From Chiloscyllium plagiosum (lineage: Eukaryota): a DNA stretch of 30,926 nucleotides. Under the pieces are notes generated by a model that saw nothing but the letters and a program-made list of their open reading frames with translations, was not told where the DNA came from and ran no database searches. The stretch is from NCBI RefSeq assembly GCF_004010195.1, contig NC_057719.1, positions 85,286,260-85,317,185 on the forward strand, in the 5' to 3' direction. How positions within the stretch are numbered: the first letter of the stretch is position 1; each line of letters opens with the position of its first letter. The translations under genes and the position numbers were made by a program. Positions 23,615 through 30,926 of this stretch are shown piece after piece.

Positions 23615-23880
23615 GTTATCTACCTTCTTCACTCACAGTGTACTATGTGCACCAAACCCCTTGGTACAATCTGCATACAAGATGTTGCACAGAAACTCAA
23701 AGGTTACTTCAACTACCTTTGTAACCACTACAACACAAAAGCTGCGTCAGGATCAGCAAAGACATGGAAACACCAACACCTCCAAGGCAAACACAATACT
23801 GGCTTGGATATATAATATAACTCAACCAGTAGCATTGATTCAATTTCTGCCAGCACTGCTCACATCTTGAGAAAGGGGAA
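23615..23880 (+). mobile_element. Old L2-type 3' fragment
   Basis: Similar to 4440-4730 (acaagatg..cacagaaactc, gacatggaaacaccaacacctccaag, cacaatactggcttgga). Confidence 0.45.
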
Positions 23881-24322
23881 TAATTTTGTAATTACACCCT
23901 CTAAGCTGTGTTGTGGATCTATAACTTGTAAAGGCTGCAATTATAATGTGACACCTTTATACAGGCAGTTCCTGATATAAACGTGGATATAGGAATTTAT
24001 AACAGAGAAAGCTGACAGATCAGTTTCAATATATTATGGATATATCCTGGTAATTACATTGTATACATACATTGACTCAACTACGCTGGCTTTGTCAGGC
24101 TCTCCACTTCTATTTCTTCAGTTTCCATCTGACTTTTTATTTGGGAAGCAATGAGTGACACAAAATGGTAAGCTTGCTTTGGATAAAGTAGTTGACAGCA
24201 GCTACGCAAGTATACAGTCTCTTGCTCTACATCTCTTTTCCCAAGGTTGTTGTACAATGCACAATAATTACACTGTTTTGTAAATATACACACGTGTTAT
24301 ATGGGAGGTCATAAACACAGGG

Positions 24323-24452
24323 GAAAGTGAGGATTGCAGATGCTGGAGATCAGAGTTGAGAGTGTGGTGCTGGAAAAGCACAGCAGGTCTGGCAGCATTT
24401 GAGGAACAGGAGAATTGACGTTTCAGGCATAGCCCTTCATCAGGAATTTGAC
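24323..24452 (-). mobile_element. Solo Penelope-like pLTR with hammerhead motif
   Basis: aaagtgaggattgcagatgctggag...gacgtttcaggcatagcccttcatcaggaat; perfect 16-bp TSD ggtcataaacacaggg at 24307-24322 and 24453-24468. Confidence 0.85.
24413..24448 (-). ncRNA. Minimal type I hammerhead ribozyme motif, intact core
   Basis: Reverse complement aattc-CTGATGA-A-GGGC-tat-GCCT-GAAA-CG-TC-aatt, with palindromic ACGT stem III and a GUC cleavage triplet. Confidence 0.72.
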
Positions 24453-24649
24453 GGTCATAAACACAGGGATGATGGCTAAGGTGGCATAGGACAGAGATAG
24501 AAGAGCATTGGATTAGCACAGCTTAATGAAAAGTAGACAATGGTTGCCCTTCAAACAGTTGAGTCTGGATGTGACAGAAACATAGATGATAGGCTATATT
24601 TTGTTTTAACAAACTCAAGGGAAGAAGGGCCCTGAAGTAATTGATAACA

Positions 24650-25255
24650 TTGATCAAGAGCCAAGTATCAGTGCCAGGACTGGAACTATTTACAATATAT
24701 ATTAATGACCTGGAGGAAAGAAGTGAATGCATTGTATCCAAATTTGCAGATGACAAAAATAGGTGGAAAGGCATTTTGTGAGGGGAATATGAATAGTTTA
24801 CAGAATGAGGTTAGGTAACTGGGCAAAAAACAGGCAAATTAGTATAATGTGGGAAAATGTGAAGTTGTTCATTTTGAAGGAAGAACCAAAATACAGGGTG
24901 TTATTTAAATAGAGAAAAACTTCAAAAAGCTGCAACACAAAGGGACTTGGAGATATTTTTACATGACACAGACAGTTAGCACACAAGTACAGCAGGTAAT
25001 CAGATAGGCCAATGGAATGCTGGCCCTTATTTTAAAGGGTTTGGACTATAAGAGTATGCATATCTTACTGCAACTGTACAAGATGCCGGTGAGACCACAT
25101 CTGGCATATTGAGAGCAGTTTTGGTCCCCTTATTTAGAAACACAGAAAACTGTGGAGTAGGCCGTTCAGCCCTTCAAGCCCACACCACCATAAGAAAAGA
25201 TATTATTTCATTGGAGGGAGTTTAGAGAAGGTTCACAAGAATGATCCATGGTATT
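24650..25255 (+). mobile_element. Old CR1 RT/3' fragment (weak homology may extend upstream to ~24300)
   Basis: ctatttacaatatatattaatgacctgga (LFTIYINDL), aaatttgcagatgac (KFADD), gtgagaccacatctg, ttttggtcccct. Confidence 0.8.
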
Positions 25256-25919
25256 GCTGTCCTTGAATATGGGAACTGCAACTCATTTGATTATCATTCA
25301 TGCACATCAGACACTACATGTTTAAGAATCTTTGACTTTGATGTTTTTGAATTTTTTTTTGTAATTCATACTTTTTCATAAAAATTCATTTGGGAAACAG
25401 AAAACATAAAGATGTCTCAGTGAAGATATTTTTAAACAATGCTCAAAACATGCAACAGAAACAGCAGAGAAACAACTGGTTCCGGCTGCATCCAACAATC
25501 TGGTCACTGCTTTCAGAGATCTCTCCCTGAACAAGTATGATTGGAGACAGGAGCTGCATGTGACCAGTTTTATGTGCAGTGGGTTTGATAAATGGATGCA
25601 AATGATTGAGGAGTGTCCGTTATATTGATGTACGATTCGCTTACACCCAAAATAATGTGAAACTCTTTTATGTGACAGGTTTAGTTTTTGCTCAAATTAC
25701 AGAACTCCCTGGATACAGTAGGAGAGAACATCTGATGTTTATTAACTCTTCAGTGCTCCCTTCTTGGAAATGTGGTCAGTTTCATCATTGTGCACTTGTG
25801 AATGTTACACCAGTACCTGTGTGTTTAAAGCTTGTGGACAGTATTTGAGGACTGTGGGTATTAAGGCTGTTATGCTTAGTTTCTGGAATAGCAACAAGAC
25901 ATCAAATCTTCAACAGGTA

Positions 25920-26237
25920 AGATTAGATTAGATTACTTACAGTGTGGAAACAGGCCCTTCGGCCCAACAAGTCCACACCGACCCGCCGAAGCATAACCCA
26001 CCCAGACCCATTCTCCTACATTTACTCCTTCACCTAACACTACGGGCCAATTTAGCCAATTCACCTAACCTGCACATTTTTGGACTGTGGGAGGAAACCG
26101 GAGCACCCGGAGGAAACCTACGCAGACACAGGGAGAATATGAAAACTCCACATAGAGAGTTGCCTGAGGTGGGAATTGAACCCCGGTCTCTGGCGCTGTG
26201 AGGCAGCAGTGCTTACCACTGTGCCATCGTGCCGCCC
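25920..26237 (-). mobile_element. Full-length HE1-like V-SINE
   Basis: Reverse complement begins gggcggcacgatggcacagtgg (A box) and ggttcaattccc (B box), then V-domain, CR1-like tail and (TAATC)n; short ggtaa repeats on both flanks. Confidence 0.92.
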
Positions 26238-27117
26238 ACGGTAAATGGGAGCTACTTCAAGCACATTTTGTCCATGCCACCATTCACCCCAATACAGCAC
26301 ATGACACATATCAGATGACAGAATCTGCTGTCTTGTAAAGACAAGTTACTAAATTATTCCAGAAGTAAGCACTGCTTAGAAGCCCCACTGTATATGAACT
26401 GGGAGGAGACTGGAACAGTGTGTCTTCAAATCCCCACAGCACTGAATCTCAAATGGATTGGTGTGGTAAGTGCTTAGCTGAAGTCAGGAGTTCACCGCAG
26501 AAAAGGAGACTATAAACGAAGTTAGCGTTGGCCATAGTGTCTCTCGACTATTAGCATAGGCAGAAGCCTAGGAGGGAACTATTACCAGCTTTCTGCAGAG
26601 AATAGAGGAAGGACTGGTGGGTGACAGAGGAAAGCATTAAAAAAAAACATAGATATCTCTTCCCAATAGATCCCAGATACACAGCCACTTCAAATGGAGC
26701 ACCCTCCAACTTGTACCTGCCTCCCGTCATTTGTGCTTTGAACAGTGGTTTAGAGGAACAGTTTGATTTTCCTCTGATCCCATGATTGCTCGGGATAGAT
26801 GACGATGATTCCCAAACAGCTGAATAGCAAATAAAGCACCAGTACTGCACAGCTTCAATCCGAGAGATCAGCACTAGCTTCAGTGCAGACTCACAGCTTC
26901 AGTATCTGCTCCTTTGTAAGTACTAAGTACCACAATCCGTTGAGCACGTAAAGTCAGCGTTTGCAGATTTGTTGGCTAGCATGGTTACTCATGTTTTTTG
27001 AATTATTCTACATAGTCTAAAGGAGATATTTGGAAGTTTGGCTTTTCTTTTCACTCTTAGTCCTTTAGTGTGAGTGACGTACTAGCAATGCGTGGGGGTG
27101 GGGTAATATTTTATTAC

Positions 27118-27313
27118 CTGAGAAATAATGTTATTGTTGTTTCAATGTGTGCAATATTATGTTGAAGAGGAGACAAGGTCATACACGTCAAAATGGGTTT
27201 AGTTTGCTCAGCCCATTCTGTATTGCTCTCAGAGTAGCAAGTCATCTTCTGTCTCAGGTACCTCCTGGGAAGGGCTGCGGAGATTTGCAACAATTTAAGT
27301 TGCAACCAATTTA
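27118..27313 (-). CDS. Candidate internal exon of an unidentified gene (196 nt, phase 1 to 2)
   Basis: ttttcag acceptor and cag/gtaata donor; frame open end to end (NWLQLKLLQISAALPRRYLRQKMTCYSESNTEWAEQTKPILTCMTLSPLQHNIAHIETTITLFL); not an obvious repeat. No family recognised. Confidence 0.3.
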
Positions 27314-27512
27314 CTGAAAATCAGCCCAAATGATAAATAACTTCATAACTTCAATATCCAAAATCTGCACCCCTGACGTGATCAGATCCAGTCATTCCCA
27401 TTTGCACAGAAACTGACAAAGGAAACATTAGAAGCTGCTGGCAAACAGCAATGGTATCAGAGCCAGAGTATCATTCTATGCTGGGTCAACACACATGGTA
27501 GCTCAGGTAGGT

Positions 27513-27872
27513 AAAAACGAGGACTGCAGATGCTGGAAACCAGAGTCTGGATTAGAGTGGTGCTGGAAAAGCACAGCAGGTCAGGCAGCAGGAAAATCGA
27601 CATTTCGGGCAAAAGCCCTTCATCAGGAATAGAGGCAGGGAGCCTGCAGGGTGGAGAGATAAATGAGAGAGGGGTGGGGGTGGGGAGACAGTTGCATAGA
27701 GAACGATAGGTGAATGGGGGTGGGGATGGAGGTGATAGGTCAGAGAAGAGGGTGGAGTGGAAAGGAAGATAGGCATGAGGAGAGTGCTGAGCTGGAAGGT
27801 TGGAACTGGGGTAAGATGGGGGGTGGGGGGTGGGGAGGGGGAATGAGGAAACTGGTGAAGTCCACATTGATG
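27513..27872 (-). mobile_element. Penelope-like element 3' end (last codons of GIY-YIG region, pyrimidine-rich 3' UTR, pLTR with hammerhead)
   Basis: Reverse complement catcaatgtggacttcaccagtttcctcatt = INVDFTSFLI, resembling the C-terminus of shark Penelope ORFs as I recall it; pLTR homologous to 5215 and 24323. Confidence 0.78.
27595..27630 (-). ncRNA. Minimal type I hammerhead ribozyme motif, intact core
   Basis: Reverse complement attc-CTGATGA-A-GGGC-tttt-GCCC-GAAA-TG-TC-gatt; perfect 4-bp stem II; stem III palindrome ACGT changed to ATGT. Confidence 0.72.
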
Positions 27873-27959
27873 AGGGTTCTACGGACCATATGTTAATCTG
27901 GTCGATACATTAAAGGGCAAGCTAGATTAACACTCGAGGGAGAAAGGATCAGAAGTTTA

Positions 27960-28075
27960 TACTGAGAAGGTGGGATAAAGAAGAGTGGAAACAGGCTTGA
28001 CTGGAGAATAAACTCCAGCATGAATGTGTTTAGCTAAGAAGCCTGTTTCTCTGCTTTCCATTATGTACTTCTATG
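27960..28075 (+). mobile_element. Degenerate CR1-type 3' tail
   Basis: gagaataaactccagcatgaat..agcctgtttctctgct..tatgtacttctatg. Confidence 0.45.
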
Positions 28076-28716
28076 TTGTCAGCACCTAGTCTGAAATCCT
28101 AAATTCCATGGGCTGACTCCCATGTCTCGGTGAGTTGTGTAAAAGTTATCAGCAATGTCTGAAAGTGCTAGACTGCCAGTAAGTACAAGTCATTCAGAAT
28201 GAGTCACACATTACAGCCCATACTGATGTCTGAGTACTATTTCCTGCCTCTCTGTTGTTCTCAGGCGATATCATCCCTGGGACAATCCATCCAAACTAAC
28301 CATGCACTGAACTAACACAAGCCAGGTCAAGTTCTGAGAGTATCGGCTGTCTGATTTCGAATAAACATACTGTAATATAGTGATTAAAAGGAACAGCAAA
28401 GATTCTGAAGTGCAGAATATCCATTAACATCAGTCACATGTAAACACGCTTACCTGAACAAATATTTGTCCATGATCAAGAACAACTGAAGAAATGCAAG
28501 AAACTTGCAGGAAATACTGCACCAAAAAAAGGAGCTGCATTAACACAGAGGAGATGAGACCCTTCATTTCAAGGGTACTACTTCCTTCATTAAGATGTCA
28601 AATGCCAGTCAGCTCATTTTCTGTTTTCATTTCATACTCTCAGCATTCAAAGTTTTAAATCATTTGACCTGTCAGACCTTAGACTTTGGCAAAATTCATC
28701 CAAATAGTACACATAC

Positions 28717-28794
28717 CTGCTCCAAATCGAAAACTCTGCAATGTTATCACCAATAATATTCCATAAATATTAGCTACTGAGACCATGTAACAAC
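28717..28794 (-). CDS. Candidate internal exon (78 nt, phase 1 to 1), hydrophobic peptide
   Basis: gattgtcag acceptor and cag/gtatgt donor; the only open frame is CYMVSVANIYGILLVITLQSFRFGA; phase-compatible with 27118-27313. Confidence 0.25.
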
Positions 28795-28901
28795 CTGACA
28801 ATCATAAGTTACAATTGAGAGCAGAAATGCACACAAACCCATACACAATGAAGGCAGTGCACACACCTTACAGAATAGATAATACAAGCCTTAATACAAG
28901 T

Positions 28902-29220
28902 GGGCGGCACGGTGGCACAGTGGTTAGCACTGCTGCCTCACAGCGCCAGAGACCCGGGTTCAATTCCCACCTCAGGCGACCGACTGTGTGGAGTTTGCAC
29001 ATTCTCCCCGTGTCTGCGTGGGTTTCCTCCAGGTGCTCCGGTTTCCTCCCACAGTCCAAAGATGTGCAGGTCAGGTGAATTGGCCATGCTAAATTGCCCG
29101 TAGTGTTAGGTAAGGGATAAATGTAGGGGTTTGGGTGGGTTGCGCTTCGGCGGGTCGGTGTGGACTTGTTGGGCCGAGGGCCTGTTTCCACACTGTAACT
29201 AATCTAATCTAATCTAATCT
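28902..29220 (+). mobile_element. Full-length HE1-like V-SINE
   Basis: gggcggcacggtggcacagtggttagc (A box), ggttcaattccc (B box), V-domain, CR1-like tail, (TAATC)4; CpGs largely retained. Confidence 0.93.
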
Positions 29221-29402
29221 CAAGAACTAAAAAGCAATTATTTGAACTTGAGTTCATGCCATCTCAACCTCCATGTTGGGTCCAGAGGGCAAGCAAGAAA
29301 TCTCCATTAACAAAATATTTCTGACATCCTCAAGACATGCCTAAGGCTATTTGTGAAGTGCACGAGTCAGTTTGTGAAAAGCAAGATCACAAAGTCAGCA
29401 AA

Positions 29403-29905
29403 TTACAACTACCTGCAGTTCTATGTCTCTTTTAACATAAGGAAGAATGTCCAAAGGCGCTGTTCAGAAGAGTAATTAGACAGATATAACATATTGTAAA
29501 AAAAGAGATCATTTTAGGTCGCAAAGCTTAAAAGTGTTTAGGAAAATGGGTATAGGAATGTATAAGAGGTAAGAGTTTAATCCACTCTTGGAAGAAGAGT
29601 TTATAAAGATGGAAAAAGGCAGGGCAATGGAGGGATTTAAAAACAAGGGTGAGAAATTTAAATTGGAGATATGGGGGTGTGGGAGTCCATGTAGGAAACA
29701 TGAAGTGTGATAAATGAATGGAAACGGTGTAGGTTTGGACATTGCAGTGTAGGTTTGGATCAGCTGTTAATTATGAAAAATGGAAGACTGGCCAGGAAAA
29801 GATTGGAATTGTCTTAGCTGCATTAGACAAAAGCACAAATGAAAATTTCAGTAGTAGATAGATTATAGTAGACTGAAGCTGGTGAAATTAAGTGGGTGAA
29901 AACAG
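29403..29905 (-). mobile_element. Old L2-type LINE 3' portion
   Basis: acaactacctgcag..tgtccaaaggcgc..gggcaatggagggatttaaaaacaagggtgagaaatttaaattggag; same type as 21845-22800. Confidence 0.55.
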
Positions 29906-29911
29906 CAAGGA

Positions 29912-30325
29912 AGGCGATGGCCTAGTGGTATTATCGCTGGACCATTAATCCAGAGATCCAAGTAATGTTCTGGGGACCCGGGTTTGAATCCCACAATGTC
30001 AGATGTGGAATGTGAATTAAGTTTAAAAAAAAACTGGAATTAAGAGTTTAATGATGACCAATTGGGGGGGAAGAGAGAGTGGGGGGGGGGGGGGAAGAGA
30101 GAGTGGTGGGGGGGGAAGAGAGAGTGGTGGGGGGGGAAGAGAGAGTGGTTTGCTAATATCCTTTTCAGGGAAGGAAATCTGCCTTCCTTACCTGGTCTGG
30201 TCTACATGTAACTCCAGAGCCACAGCAATGTGGTTGACTCTTAACTGCTCCCTCGGCAATTAGGGATGGGCAATAAATGCAGCCTTAGCCAGTGACATCC
30301 TGATCCCATGAATGAAGAAAAAAAA
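29912..30325 (+). mobile_element. tRNA-derived SINE with L2-type 3' tail and an internal G-rich minisatellite
   Basis: A box tggcctagtggt and B box gggtttgaatccc; tail ggcaattagggatgggcaataaatgc..atcccatgaatgaagaaaaaaaa. Confidence 0.8.
30064..30149 (+). repeat. G-rich minisatellite, ~21-bp unit (G7-14)AAGAGAGAGT(GGT), 4 copies
   Basis: Read directly from the sequence. Confidence 0.9.
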
Positions 30326-30326
30326 T

Positions 30327-30705
30327 GGAGAAACTGCAGAAGTTGGAGTTGCTTTCCATTGAGCAGGAAATATGGGAAGATGTTCAAAATCATGAACCAT
30401 TTTCATGAAGTAAGCAAGTAGAAACAACTACTAGCCACAGATGGATCAGTAATTTGATGAAACAGACTTAGGGTGTTTGTGTTGTCTTTGGCTCTTTTGC
30501 CAATTTTTAAGACAGTCAGTTGGTGATGATTTGGAATACTTTGCTTAAATGTTCAATAGTTATCAGAAAAGGGAACTGGATAATTACAGAACAGCAAAAT
30601 TTCCAAAGTTACAGGGAAAGAGAGAAAATGAATGATCATAACTGAACAGCTCTATTCAGGAACTGACTCAGACACAATGGACCAAATGACCTCCTGTGCT
30701 GTACA
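30327..30705 (+). mobile_element. Old CR1 3' fragment
   Basis: gaagttggagttgctttccattgagcagg..atgttcaaaatcatga..aaaagggaactggata..cacaatggaccaaatgacctcctgtgctgta. Confidence 0.6.
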
Positions 30706-30926
30706 GCAATATAGAAACTATCTGACCTTTGGTAAAGTTAATGCCTTTATCTCACTTTTGAGACTTTGCTATTCTCTGTGTACATATAGAGTGCCTCTCT
30801 CAGTCTTGCAGTATAAACTTTGGCTTCATGGACAAATGAACAGTTTGATTTGATGCCACAAAACAGCTTTTGATCTCATTCAGTTTTATCGTGAAACAAA
30901 GGTCAGAGAGAGAGAAAGAGACAGAG

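Noticed and set aside
25350..25800. Possible old Tx1/L1 3' end on the minus strand
   Set aside because: Only a T-rich start similar to 5699-5735; no convincing peptide or TSD.
28454..28534. Selenoprotein exon with in-frame TGA (FFSCS-TGA-SWTNICS)
   Set aside because: No resemblance to a selenoprotein I recognise, no SECIS identified, and a stronger acceptor gives a different frame.
28902..28975. tRNA gene (also 26165-26237 and 29912-29995)
   Set aside because: A and B boxes are present, but the sequence runs on into a SINE body and tail with no proper cloverleaf.
29728..29759. Short direct repeat gtgtaggtttgga x2, and similarly gctgcataac x2 near 9085
   Set aside because: Ordinary small tandem duplications with no further structure.
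30064..30149. CRISPR-like repeat array or Gly-rich ORF 30051-30263
   Set aside because: Tandem units without unique spacers; it is a simple minisatellite.

Overview
Eukaryotic, repeat-rich DNA, almost certainly from a cartilaginous fish. The shark call is inferred from the HE1/V-SINE, CR1, Tx1 and Penelope repeat families; an orectolobiform carpet or bamboo shark is plausible. More than half of the window is decayed non-LTR retrotransposon sequence: many 5'-truncated CR1 LINEs, mostly on +, one younger Tx1 LINE with a clean 14-bp TSD, old L2-type LINEs and several tRNA-derived SINEs. No intact recognisable protein-coding gene, RNA gene, CRISPR array or prokaryotic system is present, and nearly all long ORFs in the track are LINE ORF2 fragments. 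Four things stand out. (1) Several Penelope-like terminal-repeat elements carry minimal type I hammerhead ribozyme motifs, two of them as ~200-bp fold-back palindromes with a hammerhead on each strand and their own TSDs. (2) Two almost perfect inverted templated insertions with junction microhomology lie within 2.7 kb of each other (11544-11772 and 13711-13823). (3) Elements are nested several levels deep. (4) A tentative cluster of minus-strand exons lies between two inverted full-length SINEs.
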